Below, in pieces: positions 9,212-20,442 of a stretch of DNA of 64,000 bases (position 1 is the first letter of the stretch; each line of letters starts with the position of its first letter). The notes under the pieces were generated by a model. The model saw only the letters and a program-made list of their open reading frames with translations. It did no database searches and was not told the origin of the DNA. The position numbers and the translations under genes were made by a program. The stretch is from Candidatus Latescibacterota bacterium (lineage in GTDB: Bacteria > Latescibacterota > UBA2968 > GCA-2709665), in NCBI GenBank assembly GCA_965226795.1, contig CBDDDZ010000005.1:2336001-2400000 (forward strand), written 5' to 3'.

Positions 9212-10339
9212 TCAGGCCGGTGTTCCGCGCCAGAAATCGTTGTACGCCGCCAGCGGCCCGTCCCCGTGCGGCCCGGTAGCCAGGTCCAGCCCCCCGAAGA
9301 GATATACGGACTCGCCCCCCACTGCCATAACGGGGATTCGCCTGACGCCGGGACGTTCGGCGCCATCAGAGGAATCCTCCGCACCGTTGTGTGGATATAG
9401 ACAGTCCCACCGGCCGGCACGAAGATCGTACTGCCACAGATCGTTCAGCTGGGGGTGCTCCCCTTCCCCTCCTGCAAATCCTCCGAACAGATACAGGTAA
9501 TCTCCGATCACAGCGTGTCCCAGCCCGTACCGAGGGGAAGGCCGTGCAACATCATCCGCCCGGTTCTCCTGAATGCAGGTCCAGGCGCCTCCGTCGGGAT
9601 CGTATTCCCACAGATCGTTGTAGAACTCCGGCGCCCGACCCTGACTGTCCCGACCGCCCCACAGGTAGAGCCTGCCGTTCCAGCCGACCAGCACGGGACA
9701 GTATCGTTTCGGCGGCCAACCGTTGCGCCCATTCGACGCAGGCCCCAGGTGCTCCCATTTCCCGGCCGGCGCCTTGTAGGTCCACAGCTGTGCGTGCGTC
9801 ATCGCGCCATGGCCCCCCATCAGATACAGGTAATCACCCAGAACGGCCGCCCCCATCCCGCCCGAACCGGCGGGACGATGCCCATCCGCCGTTATTCCTG
9901 ATGCGCGCCCGTCGTCGGGCTCTAACAGCTCCCACGAGGCTGTCTTCGGATCGTAGGCCCAGAGATCGTTCAGCTTGATCGCCCCCTTGCCGGGGCCCCG
10001 CACCGAGGACCCGCCGAAAAGATAAAGCCTGCCGTTCACGGGCAGCCAGGTCGTGAGCTTCCGGGTACACGGTCTGGTATCGGACGGCCTGAACCCGATG
10101 CGCCCATCGTGGTCTTCCAACCGCGTCCACCGGCCTCGACCCGGGTCGTAGCGCCACAGGTCGTTCAATGAGCCCTGGACGGAAAGATCTCCAGGCCCTT
10201 TCGGCCGGCCGTACATCACTTTTATCCCCCCGAACAGGTAGACGCATCCATTGTAGCTCAACATCCCGCCGAAGGCCGCCCGCCTACAGGGTACATCCTC
10301 GGCTTGCTCCTGGTCCGGATGCAGCAGTTCCCACTTCAT
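9212..10339 (-). CDS. Kelch-repeat beta-propeller protein
   Basis: Repeated LYLFGG...LNDLWxYD units; start MKWELL with RBS GGAGG. Confidence 0.9.
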   Translation of the reverse strand: MKWELLHPDQEQAEDVPCRRAAFGGMLSYNGCVYLFGGIKVMYGRPKGPGDLSVQGSLNDLWRYDPGRGRWTRLEDHDGRIGFRPSDTRPCTRKLTTWLPVNGRLYLFGGSSVRGPGKGAIKLNDLWAYDPKTASWELLEPDDGRASGITADGHRPAGSGGMGAAVLGDYLYLMGGHGAMTHAQLWTYKAPAGKWEHLGPASNGRNGWPPKRYCPVLVGWNGRLYLWGGRDSQGRAPEFYNDLWEYDPDGGAWTCIQENRADDVARPSPRYGLGHAVIGDYLYLFGGFAGGEGEHPQLNDLWQYDLRAGRWDCLYPHNGAEDSSDGAERPGVRRIPVMAVGGESVYLFGGLDLATGPHGDGPLAAYNDFWRGTPA

Positions 10340-10460
10340 AGTGGACCTCCGTACGGCCTGACTTGTGATTCTGCGGAGAAAGTTCGGCATATTCCATTCG
10401 TAGCCGAAAAAATCGATGCAGTTTATTCGCCGTGGATGATTGTTGAACCCCCAAATTACT

Positions 10461-11905
10461 TCAGGACGCATAAAGAGCAAATAGCTTGGCGCGGTCAAGG
10501 TACACTTTGACCTTGACCCCCCCGCGTGCCTGTGAGACCATCTTCTCTTCGAGCCCACCCTCTTTGTCCCCGACTGCGCCTGCCGGATCGCTTTTCCATT
10601 GTACCCGGTATTCTGTTTCATTCGCCGAGAAGAGTATGCAGTCTTCTTTGCCAAAACCCGGCACGACCCGGTCAAACGGATCGACTATCTCCACTCGCAG
10701 CGACCCACCTGTCGCATCGGCGTTGATCCACAATGCATTGGGCTCGATACTCAGCGGGACCGTGGTCACGACCCCCTGCGCCTCCGCCTTCAGACAGACC
10801 AGCCGGTCCTTTTCAATCTTTGCCAGATTGATTCCCCGCCGGGATTCTTCGCCGTAGCGCGTCCCCTCGCCGTGCAATTCGTTTGAGCAGCTGTGATAGA
10901 CCCAGATCTCGTCGCCGCGGACAAAGGGGGCATGAGACGGATAGACATTTCCACTGTCGTGGCTGCCGCGGGGGCCACACTCCAGAATGGGTTCGCGGTT
11001 GCCCGCCCGATGCCAGGTCCGGCCGTTCTTCGAGTAGGTCAACTGAATGTCCATCCGGTTCATCCATTCGGGCATCCAATCTTCGATCCGGTTTCGGGCG
11101 ATCCACCCCTCGTGGAGCGTATGAAACACGGACAGGAAGCCGATACGAAAGTCGCGATACGCCAGCGAACTCATGCCGTAAAACTCCTGGTCCTGCGGGG
11201 GATCGTGCTCATCGGGTGCGACGATGATCTTGCGCGGGGTCCAGTTTTCGAAATCATCGCTCTCGGCCATGCAAATGATGCGCACGTTAGGCCGGCCCCG
11301 CAGATAAACGACGTAGCGGTGAATTTTTGCATCCCAATAAGCGACCAGGTGGGTATCCGAGCCCTGTGGAATGATCGGGTTGAGCCAGCGTTGGGGCACG
11401 TTCCAATGAATCCCGTCGGCAGAATACGCCACACAGACCGGCTGGACAATGCCGGCGAATATCATGTCTCCGCTCTGGAACATAAAGAGCATCTTGTAGC
11501 GCTTGGCTGGGTCTGTTTCGATGGGGTCTTTCATGACTCCTGTCCCGGCCCCCCACCTCAAAAAGGGAAAGACCAGGTTATTCTCTTTCTGCCGCTGTCC
11601 TCGACGAGGTTGAGGACGGGTTTTTCCCAGTGGATCCCCTTGGGACACGGCGTAGGCCCCGTCCGCCACGTCGCCACACTTCGCTCAATCTTCGGCCCAC
11701 GCCGTACCACATCTTGAAGATATCTTCGTCGTCGTCGTACAGGACGTTGACGTAGCCGCCGATCAGCCACTCCTCTTCCCAGGCCCGATCCTTCTCAATC
11801 GCGGCTGTTGCGAAACCTTCTTTGCGGGTACGACCCCTTGCACGATCTGTCGAGATTCTCGATTAACGTATTGTCGAGAATTGAGGCCGCTTTCTCGTCC
11901 GTCAT
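10461..11905 (-). pseudogene. Glycoside-hydrolase-like beta-propeller protein, frameshifted in its 5' part
   Basis: SADGIHW, SDDFENW, SKNGRTW repeats; C-terminal NADATGGSLRVEI; several frame changes at 11540-11900. Confidence 0.65.
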
Positions 11906-12019
11906 TGGTTTCTCCTGGTATTGAATTACTCTTCGCCGTGAACCGGAATTCAATAGTTTGCTCGTTGGAATTTAGTGAGCAACTGATCATTCGATCGTAT
12001 TCTCAGGTCGGTTAATCCA

Positions 12020-12345
12020 CACTTCGTCCGGAACGCATGGCGGACGGATTACCGTTGACATTTCCACTGTCGTTGGATACCGCGTGGGCCAGCACTTCCA
12101 GTCTGGGCTTCACGGTGTGAGCCCATAGTGCCCGATGCCAGGTAACCCCGGCCCGGTGTCGAGTATTGTACCAAGGACTGAAGGCCTGTCCATCTGGTTC
12201 ATCGCATTCTTGCGGCATCCAATCTTCGATCCTGGTATCTGGCGCGATTTACCCCTCGTGAATTGCGCTTTCAGAATACACGGTCATCGGAAACGCCGAT
12301 ACTGAAAGCTCGCCGAAGATCCATCAGCAATGCCGTAAAACGTCC
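12020..12345 (-). pseudogene. Insertion-riddled duplicate of 10925-11190
   Basis: Shared blocks GACATTTCCACTGTCGT, GCCCGATGCCAGGT, GGCATCCAATCTTCGATCC, ATGCCGTAAAAC. Confidence 0.8.
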
Positions 12346-13336
12346 TGGCCGTCATCGGTGCGCCGCGGTCGTGCAGCGTCAGTTGTCCGGGTTGAATGCC
12401 CTGCTTTTGGCAAGCGTTGGCAATCAGGTGCTTGGCAGTTTGTGGCGCTCTCCCTTGCGCGACCATCCAGGCCACGACATAGCGGGAGAACAGATCCAGT
12501 ACCACGTAGAGGGGATAGGTCACCCACTTGCGCGGTCCGCCTGGTGATATCCCACGTCCAGACCTGGTTGGGCGCATTAGCCATCAGGCGGGGTGGTTCC
12601 AGACGTGGATGACGCCGCTGGTCGCGCCGCTCGCTCGTTCCCAGCAGACATACCGTCCTTCCTCTAGCAACGCGGCGTAGACTGCCGCTGGCGCCCGGTC
12701 TGAGAAGCGATCCTCGTCTCCAGCACGGCAGCGCGCTCGTGCGGAGCCAACGCACGTGGCGACGACCGGCGGGCGCCGCAAGGACCCCATCGCGATGGCT
12801 TACGCGCACGGTACACCGAAGCACGCGCCACACCCAACGCCCGGCACGCCCCCGCCAAACTTTCGGGACCAGTTGTTCGGCCGCACGTATCATCGTCGTT
12901 CGCCCGACGGACTGTTCAGGGGGTGCCCAGGACGGAGGCTTTTTTTTGGATCCGAGGATCTTGCGCCTGCTCCAGCCGACGCCGCAACCGGGCGTTTTCC
13001 GTCCGCAGTTGCTCGTTCTCGACGGCTACCTTCCCTCGACGACCCTTCGGACCCCGCGGCTTGGAAACGTGAGTACCCCTGTCGATGACGCCACTGGGTC
13101 AACTGCGAGGAAGTCAGCGCGCCTCTTCCCGGGGCCCGGACGCGTCGCTTCTCAGGATGTGGATGCGCGGTGAAGCGACTTCGCTTGCGGGCACGATCCC
13201 CTTCCGGATCAGGCCTCGACGCTGTCGAGATTCTCCAAAGTATTGCTTGAATTGTCTACAGGCATCGGTTCTCGTCCGTCATCACATGGTCTCCTCTCCA
13301 ATATACGACATTAAACTCGAAGAGAAAGTTGTCTCA
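12345..13336 (-). mobile_element. IS3-family insertion sequence remnant
   Basis: Fragments APNQVWTWDIT, LYVVLDLFSRYVVAW, LHDRGAPM (DDE core) and ACRALGVARASVYR; putative left end TGAGACAAC at 13336. Confidence 0.8.
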
Positions 13337-13492
13337 CCCTAATCTTCGCGTGAACTCGCAGAGCTTACAATGAGGTCTTCTCTTATTGCGCCAGGCACCA
13401 CAGCTGCTACATAGAAATCCCCAACATACGGTAGAATGTCGAAGATCAATTATCCGTGCTGGGTTGAAGCCGATTCCTCGCTCTTACACAAC

Positions 13493-14368
13493 CTATATCT
13501 CAACAGTCGTAAGCTCGTCAGGACGCACGATACAACCGCTATATCCATTCCCATGGTAGCCTCGGCGGAGCCTGCCGACGATGTCCTCACTGCGCGGCGA
13601 ACCGCAGTGGATGACCACGACCCTCGATATTCCAGCTTCATTAGCGATGTCAACGACCTCTGATATGTCCGCGCTGACGCCCCGGATCGGATGCGAAGCA
13701 TCTTCGTCATTCTCCTTGAAATTGCGCATAGAGAGCCCCGTAACGAATGTATCAACCCCCCTGGCCAATGGCCTCAGTTCGGGACAGTCCGCTGCATCGC
13801 ACAGGAAGAGCACGCTGCCGCTATCCGTATCGATCCGGTATGCTAGCTCGGTTAGGTAAGGCTCGACATGAGGAACCTGTACAGCCGTCGCCTTCCAACC
13901 TTTCCCCTCGACAACCGCTCCTGAACTGATGTCGGATACATCGACCTTCATGCCCGGACGGGGAAGCGTTCCGCCTCTCCCCACGTGCCCGTGGTGGCTG
14001 ATGTGGTGTTCTCGACGCGCAACGATGTCGGAAAGGAAAGCGCCGTCCTTGCCAAAAAGGCGATCGACGAATTCGACAGTCGGAGGCGGACCAAAGACTC
14101 TGAGGGGAGGAAGATCGCCGGGGTCTAGATCGAACCGTAGCAAGGCAAAGCACGGGAAATCAACGATATGATCCGAATGATGGTGAGTTAGGAAAACCGA
14201 ATTCACCTGTGTAGGACTCATTCCCATACGTGCCATCTTGTAGGTGGTGCCGGGGCCGCAATCAACCATGATACGATCGTCACCGATCTCGAGAATGCAG
14301 GAACACCCGTAGCGTTCACCCATACGGCTGGGACGCGGACCACCGTTACCGAGAATGTGTAGATTCAT
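13493..14368 (-). CDS. MBL-fold metallo-hydrolase (RNase Z-like)
   Basis: ILGNGGP, MVDCGPG, THHHSDH motif. Confidence 0.88.
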   Translation of the reverse strand: MNLHILGNGGPRPSRMGERYGCSCILEIGDDRIMVDCGPGTTYKMARMGMSPTQVNSVFLTHHHSDHIVDFPCFALLRFDLDPGDLPPLRVFGPPPTVEFVDRLFGKDGAFLSDIVARREHHISHHGHVGRGGTLPRPGMKVDVSDISSGAVVEGKGWKATAVQVPHVEPYLTELAYRIDTDSGSVLFLCDAADCPELRPLARGVDTFVTGLSMRNFKENDEDASHPIRGVSADISEVVDIANEAGISRVVVIHCGSPRSEDIVGRLRRGYHGNGYSGCIVRPDELTTVEI

Positions 14369-14573
14369 TTGACCGTCACCGGGTAGCCTTTCACTTATTG
14401 TGTACTCATATTGGTCTTCTCGCCGCCAACTCTTGCTTATACGGAAAAATCTGGTCGAAAAAACTCCGTATAGCTCATTCGCTGTCGAACAAATCCATCA
14501 AGCAAGAGAAGTGGTTCGAAGATTTTCCTGGCGGCCGGGACGGCCGCCTGTTTTGACTTTGGCGCGTGCTTTC

Positions 14574-14670
14574 TGTTAACGTTATGCCGGTTTGCGAGGG
14601 CCGAACTGACAAGGCGTTGCCGATGGCCAAGGCGGCGACCGCAGCAGCAGCGCAAACTGTGCTGTTATCT
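14574..14670 (-). repeat. attC-like site 8
   Basis: TGTTAAC...GTTATCT; stem GTTTGCG/CGCAAAC. Confidence 0.72.
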
Positions 14671-14722
14671 GACGTGCGATACCCAAATTGTATCGCCCGC
14701 AACGTAACGCGGTTCGACACGT

Positions 14723-15205
14723 CTACCTGGTGACCACCCAATAGGTGTTGGTTTCCTTCGCCGATCCGACGTATGGCTCACAATCTTGGCTTCCGAAGAA
14801 CTGCCAACGATCGAATCCTCCCAGACGCAACAGCAATTGGAACTCTTCCGGGTAGATCCATCGTGCACGCATCGGCACTTTGCTGTCTCACAGTCATGCC
14901 TAAAGGTCCAGGTGTAGCTTTCCGTTTGTGACGAATGGTCGCAGATCTTCGAGTAGCTTACCTCGATCTCTTTCTCGGTCTCGGGATTGATAAACTCGCC
15001 AAATCTCTCTTCAGCAGGTGGGGATTCTTGATGGAGGAGCAAATCGTCTACGTAGGACGGAACGTAGAAATTCAATAGCAAACGTCCCCCGGGAACGAGA
15101 CAGTCGTAGACACTCTGAAGGGGTCTTTCGTTTTATGTCCTTTCTTGAGGAAATCCAGTGCATGTCCAAAAGACATGGATATTATTGTCTTTGCTTGTGC
15201 CCCCT
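14723..15205 (-). pseudogene. Class I SAM-dependent methyltransferase, C-terminal fragment
   Basis: PGDVCYxLLNFYVP and, after a frameshift, RWIYPEEFQLLLRLGGF. Confidence 0.55.
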
Positions 15206-15284
15206 TTGATTTTCAAGTTCTACCCCTCAAGCTTTTCGTCCGTAACGGGTGGAATTGAACGCAAGAAACTTAATTGAAACAGTA

Positions 15285-15935
15285 CTAAGTTTGCATAAGC
15301 TCATGGATCAGCGGTGGGACCTGACGGATATCGGTCAGTTGCCGCAGGGCACCGGTGAAGTCCAGGCCGCGCGTCAGGCCCTGCGGTATGACGATGCAGC
15401 GCAGCCCGGCCGCCAGTGCGGCGCGCAGCCCCCGGTCCGAGTCTTCGATTACGACGCATTCGGCGGCGCTAAGGCCGTTTTGCCGCATAGCCGTGAGGTA
15501 GGGCTCGGGGTCGGGCTTGGAATGCCGGTAGTCTTCTTGCACGAGCGTGAAATCGATGCAGTCCAGCAGGCCGGTGGCGGCGTGGATGATCTCAAAGTGC
15601 TCCCGCCGCGAACTGGTGACGATGCCCATGCGCACCGTGCCGTGGAGTTGGCGCAGCACTTGGCGGGCGCCGTCGATGACGGGTACACCGGCGCGCAAGA
15701 GTTCGGTGTAGCGGGCGTTGCGCCAGATGCGGGCGGGCTCCAGCGCCTGTTCGTCTATGCGGTGTTCGGCGGCGAACCTGGTAAGGCCATCGCTGGCCTT
15801 GAGGAAGAGCTCGATAAAACGGGCTTCGCTCAGGCGGACGCCGAGGGGTTCCAGGGTTTCGCGGCAGGCCTGGAAGTACAGGCCTTCGGTGTCGACCAGG
15901 ACGCCGTCGTTGTCCCAAAGAATGGCTTTCAGCAT
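15285..15935 (-). CDS. HAD-IA family phosphatase
   Basis: WDNDGVLVDTE, SKPDPEPY, IEDSDRG. Confidence 0.92.
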   Translation of the reverse strand: MLKAILWDNDGVLVDTEGLYFQACRETLEPLGVRLSEARFIELFLKASDGLTRFAAEHRIDEQALEPARIWRNARYTELLRAGVPVIDGARQVLRQLHGTVRMGIVTSSRREHFEIIHAATGLLDCIDFTLVQEDYRHSKPDPEPYLTAMRQNGLSAAECVVIEDSDRGLRAALAAGLRCIVIPQGLTRGLDFTGALRQLTDIRQVPPLIHELMQT

Positions 15936-15962
15936 GGCGCTTTATTTCCTTTTCGCCGCTTC

Positions 15963-15980
15963 GCATAACGGCCTGTTAAC
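15963..15980 (-). repeat. Truncated attC-like half-site at the start of the HAD cassette
   Basis: CGCCGCTTCGCATAACGG resembles the left ends of sites 1 and 12 (GCGCCGCTTTCG..TAAC); no matching hairpin follows. Confidence 0.5.
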
Positions 15981-16050
15981 CGCTGGCAGCCCCATCACGG
16001 CGAAGCCTATCACGGGCAGAGATAAAGCGCGCACCATCAGGCTTCTGATT

Positions 16051-16812
16051 CTACATGACCGGCCTGAATCTGGTTTGAAGAATCCTTTGGGCTGACAACT
16101 CACCAAAAGGCGCACCACAACACCTGACATCCTCCACAACCTTGTGGTAATCGTAACTCAATCGGTGATTTTCCACATGCCATTCCTGCCCATCCCACCA
16201 CACTCTGGCATATCCAGCTCGATGATCCCCGTCAAACGGAAACCCAACTGAATCAATGATGCTATACCGCTGACCGCACGGAACGCCACAGGCCGCATAG
16301 TGCAGGTGTCCCGCCACAATCAGATTGGCCTCCGCATCCCCCAGCAGTGTCCTGGCCTCCTCTTCTGGCGTAACGGTCAGAAGCCTGAACGGATCCTGAT
16401 CAGGTTGAAGAACCAAAAAACCGGCCACATCAGTAGGCGTTGCGTGCACAATGAGAAGATCATCCTCCGGAGACTGCCCTCCCGGTGGCGTTATCCTGTA
16501 CTCAAAGGGCAGACCCTTCAGATAGCTCAAGCCATCTGTTCCCAGCTTCTCTCTCACCCAGTCCAGTCTTTCCCCGGAATGCTGTTCATCAAAGACCAAC
16601 AGGTCTGCGTTCCCGTAAATCGTGGGAGCGCCCAGATTTCGTATCGCGTCAAGACTCTCGACCGGGCGGGGTCCGTTCAGCACCAGGTCGCCGGCGACCA
16701 CCAGACGATCATAGGGTTGGCTTTGCAGATCCTCAAGAACAGCGTTGAGTGCAGCGACGTTGCCGTGAATATCTGCAATTACCGCAACTGAGTATGACGG
16801 GGAATCATTCAT
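16051..16812 (-). CDS. Metallophosphoesterase (YfcE/calcineurin-like)
   Basis: ADIHGN, AGDLV, GNAD, VHAT, GHLH. Confidence 0.9.
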   Translation of the reverse strand: MNDSPSYSVAVIADIHGNVAALNAVLEDLQSQPYDRLVVAGDLVLNGPRPVESLDAIRNLGAPTIYGNADLLVFDEQHSGERLDWVREKLGTDGLSYLKGLPFEYRITPPGGQSPEDDLLIVHATPTDVAGFLVLQPDQDPFRLLTVTPEEEARTLLGDAEANLIVAGHLHYAACGVPCGQRYSIIDSVGFPFDGDHRAGYARVWWDGQEWHVENHRLSYDYHKVVEDVRCCGAPFGELSAQRILQTRFRPVM

Positions 16813-16926
16813 TTCACATCTCCAAAATTTCGAGGTGGCGGGCAGTGGTTCTTGCGCGCCTTCAGTTTTTGCCGCTTATCGTTCGCGCCCGCGGGAAACC
16901 CTCCCGCAACGAGTCAGAGATCTTGC

Positions 16927-18240
16927 TCATATTCGGCCCCCTTCGGGTACCTCGCGCCCGCCGTCCCAGACGCCTGGCTTGTCGGTCCCCGTCGGCCAGT
17001 ACCCGTCGGCGTCTTCATCCCATTGGTTTCCGCACAGCGACGAGATGATGGTCCATTCCGCCGCCCCGAAATCCGGCTCGGGATGGTATAGGAAGCGCTT
17101 CAACCCCGCCTCCTGCGAAGCAGTCAGGATGCCGTAGAGATCGCGCGCCTGCATCGGGTCGCCGCCGTGGGGGCGGCGCCCCGTGGACACCCAGGCTATC
17201 ACCTTGTCGGGATCACCTATGGCCGCCAGGGCCCGCCGAGTCTCGTTGTAGACCACCTTGGAGAAGAATTCGTCGGGGAAACCCATCTCCATGTCCATAA
17301 GCGAGTTGATGCCAGGCAGCTCGATGCCCAACAGCGCCTTCACTACGGCGAAACACTCCGCCTCGCTCAGGGACGGATTCCACTTTCGCAATCGTCTTAC
17401 CCAGCGGGATATGGTTCCGTACATGCCGTCCATGCCGCGGTGCCAAAAATAGTGTTTCGGAAAGATATAGTCGAAATACTCCGCCATCTGACAGTAATTC
17501 TGTCCGGTGAGCGATGACCACGTCACGGCCCGCGGGATACCGCCCAACTCCACCTTGCGATCGACGGCGTCGACCTGTTGCCGCATGTACTGCCAGTCGA
17601 AGCGAGAGCGCTCCTGACGCTTGCGCAGCCAGTAGAGCACGTCCTCGTTGACGTCGAACAGGAGCATTGCCCCCAGCATCCCCCCGTCGGCGTGGTACCG
17701 CACCATTTCCGGTGTCAGATTGTGCAAACGCTCCCGAAAGTGGGTGATGCCGCGTTGTATTCGATCAATCTCGGCGCCGACCTGGGCGAAGCGGCCCTCC
17801 TCACCCGGACGGATCTCCAGGAGTTCGCCCCCGTGGTGGAAGGCAAGCTCGTAGTGGTTTTCGCCCGGACCGTCGACAATGACGCCGTGCACCTGCGGAA
17901 AGGCGTTCATTAGGTCCTGCACGTGGGCGGTCGGGCCGCCTCCGGCGAAAATCAGTAGTCGCCAGCCCCGCTCCGCGGCGTTGTCCAGCATTGCGTGCAG
18001 CTTCTTCTCTTTTGAGAGGTCGCGCGGACGCTGCTCCGGGACTTCCGCCCCCAGGGCCTCGTACACCTTCGGGTCGGGAGCCCACGCCGGAATGGTGGTG
18101 CCATCCTCCTGGAGGAATGCCATGCGGCCGACGGCCAGACCGCGCACGCCACCATCCGCCCAGGCGTCGAACCGCTCCTCGAACCCGTCGAGCCAGTGTT
18201 CGAACGGGCTGTCACTGCAGGTGAATACCCAGAGTTTCAT
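16927..18240 (-). CDS. Hypothetical 437-aa protein, paralogue of 4202-5578
   Basis: RBS GGAGG; starts 34 bp after attC-like site 9; conserved blocks shared with the paralogue. Confidence 0.85.
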   Translation of the reverse strand: MKLWVFTCSDSPFEHWLDGFEERFDAWADGGVRGLAVGRMAFLQEDGTTIPAWAPDPKVYEALGAEVPEQRPRDLSKEKKLHAMLDNAAERGWRLLIFAGGGPTAHVQDLMNAFPQVHGVIVDGPGENHYELAFHHGGELLEIRPGEEGRFAQVGAEIDRIQRGITHFRERLHNLTPEMVRYHADGGMLGAMLLFDVNEDVLYWLRKRQERSRFDWQYMRQQVDAVDRKVELGGIPRAVTWSSLTGQNYCQMAEYFDYIFPKHYFWHRGMDGMYGTISRWVRRLRKWNPSLSEAECFAVVKALLGIELPGINSLMDMEMGFPDEFFSKVVYNETRRALAAIGDPDKVIAWVSTGRRPHGGDPMQARDLYGILTASQEAGLKRFLYHPEPDFGAAEWTIISSLCGNQWDEDADGYWPTGTDKPGVWDGGREVPEGGRI

Positions 18241-18273
18241 TTTTCCCTCCTTTGGGGTAAAAGGGGCGATTTC

Positions 18274-18377
18274 CGTTAACGGCCTCGCGATACCCGACGT
18301 TGCCGGAGCGTAGCGGAGGTAATGTGCCCGGAGGGCCGAATGACCGAAGGGAGTGTAGCGGGCATCGCGTGTTAAGC
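18274..18377 (-). repeat. attC-like site 9
   Basis: CGTTAAC...GTTAAGC; stem CGCGATACCCG/CGGGCATCGCG. Confidence 0.85.
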
Positions 18378-18512
18378 GTCCGTGTTGTTTTTTGTCATCA
18401 GGAATGGAATAAAGGAGCGGACATCACTTTCTCTGTTTTTCCGGTTTTTCTGCTTTTCAACAAGAAGATTACTGTTGTACCGATTCCTCGCCAGATAGCA
18501 ACTTACGGAGGT

Positions 18513-18947
18513 CTATGTTGATATATTCGATACGCAGTCGAAACCAACGGATCGACACTGAATCTGAATTGTACCTTCCAACAGAATCTCCCTGTGCTCG
18601 TCCTTCCTCTCGTTCTGCCAGTATCGTCGCGCCCGCTCGAACATCGATTGAAGGGTTTCGAATTCTTCGAAGTAACTTATCAGGTTCATATCAGCAGCGA
18701 ACGCGCGCGAGCATTCAAGAATCTCGATATCATACAGTTCGCACGCTTCCCTATGGGAGTCGAATCGTCTGGCAGCACTCGCTTCTGGCCAGAGAAACAG
18801 GCAATCAAACCGACTTGGCCTATGGGGAAATTCCCGTAGACGAACAGTCTCCCACGCGAGTTCCATCATGACACGACCTGTCTCGGCGGCATTTGGAACC
18901 GTTACCGCGAGAGAGTCCGCTTGGACTTCGATCAGGATCTGACGCAT
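18513..18947 (-). CDS. Hypothetical protein, DUF2441-like, 5' end probably disrupted
   Basis: ELAWETVRLREFPHRPSRFDCLFL and ARRYW...EILLEG pattern. Confidence 0.5.
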   Translation of the reverse strand: MRQILIEVQADSLAVTVPNAAETGRVMMELAWETVRLREFPHRPSRFDCLFLWPEASAARRFDSHREACELYDIEILECSRAFAADMNLISYFEEFETLQSMFERARRYWQNERKDEHREILLEGTIQIQCRSVGFDCVSNIST

Positions 18948-19094
18948 TAAATGGGTCTGGAAGTCTCCAGGTCTTACAACGGCTCCAGAGCGAAGGCCAG
19001 ACTTCGCCGACCAAAGCAGGTGAGTTCCTGGACCAATATGTTGTAGAGCCCGTGCTCGCTGGCTCGGCGTCCATCCAGAACCCCGTCGAAATTC

Positions 19095-19345
19095 TCACTC
19101 ACAGAACTGAAATGCGTAGAGCTTCGCGTCGCGCATGATGAAGCGTATCCTGACCGGTTGGCCGGCGAGTTGGCGAAGGTCGCCAGCGGGCCACGAAACG
19201 GGCAGCCTGACGGAATTGCCGACGTGCCATATTGAATCTGCGCCACTATACCCCTCAAGCGGACTTCCGTCTTCGGCGAGTAGTTCAACGCGCACGCTGC
19301 CTCCGGCGGCTGTGTCGACATTGAGTTCGAGGCGCGATCCGTAAT
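19095..19345 (-). pseudogene. C-terminal fragment of a GH-like protein related to 10461-11905
   Basis: LELNVDTAAGGSVRVELL...IRFIMRDAKLYAFQF resembles LWINADATGGSLRVEI...KVYLDRAKLFALY. Confidence 0.6.
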
Positions 19346-20442
19346 TCGCCGGTGTTGGCGAATCGGCTGTGGTACTGGCACAGCACTCGGTCCGGTCGAT
19401 CCGCCCGTTTGCCGGCTAGTTCGGGCATCAGCGACACGCCGCCCAGGTCCTCCGGCGTATCGAGTTCGGCCATGTCCATAAACGTCGGATAAAGGTCTAC
19501 CAGGGACACCAGCGCATCGACCTCGTGCCCCGCGCGTACATCCGGGCCGGCGACGATCAGCGGCACGCGAGCGGACGCCTCGTACATCGCGTTTTTCAGA
19601 TGTTGGCGATGTTCCATATTCATCTCGCCGTGATCGCTGGCGAACAGTACATAGGTGCTGTCCATCAGCCCGAGCCGATCGACCGTGGCCATCACCTCAC
19701 CTACCATTTCGTCGACTTCCGTCACCATCGCGAAATACGTGCGCCGCACCGCGCGAATTTCGTCTTCGGTGAACGGATCGGCGCAACCCTTGGTCGCGCA
19801 CATGTAGTCCACCACGGGATGCAGATGGGCCTCATACGGTGGAATGGTCACTGCGTCGGGGTCAATTCTGTCGAGATAGTATTGCGAGGAGACGAAAGCG
19901 GGGTGCGGACAATCCAAACTGCAGTGCAGGATGAAGGGCCGGTCGCCCGCCTGGCGCGTCTCCAGGTAGGCGATGGTGTCCTCGACCTTAGCCCAGTCGC
20001 GCTGGTGTACGCGACGCTCATCCGTTGCGACGTGCTTCAGGCCCGGAAGCGGTCCGGTGCTGCGCGATAGCCGGATGTTGGCCGCGCGGGTCCAGGACGA
20101 TATTCGATTGTGCAGTGAATGGCGGCCTGACAGGTAATCCGTCTTGCCGTAGGCCTGGTGGATATAGCCCGCGTCCTCCAGGTCGGAGACATAGGTTCGC
20201 TCGTCCGGCTCGAGCCCCTTATAATTGTTCCATCCTTCGATGACGTGGGTGTGTTTGCCGCTCCAGCGACTGGAGCGCGACGGGCAACACTGGGGAGAGC
20301 TGCAATAGGTGTTGCGGAACAGAGCGCCGCGCTCCGCCAGATGGTCCAGGTGCGGCGTCTTCACCGCCGGATGGCCGACGCACCCCATCGCGCGCCCGTC
20401 CATGCTGTCGCATTCGATGAACAGGATGTTCCGCTTGCTCAT
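19285..20442 (-). pseudogene. Sulfatase (choline-sulfatase/ARSK-like), C-terminally truncated and fused
   Basis: NILFIECD, CCPSRS (CxPxR), SDHGE, RVPLIV; ends abruptly in an unrelated fragment. Confidence 0.8.

Noticed and set aside
10925..12345. DGR template/variable repeat pair
   Set aside because: Differences are indels, not adenine-specific substitutions; no reverse transcriptase
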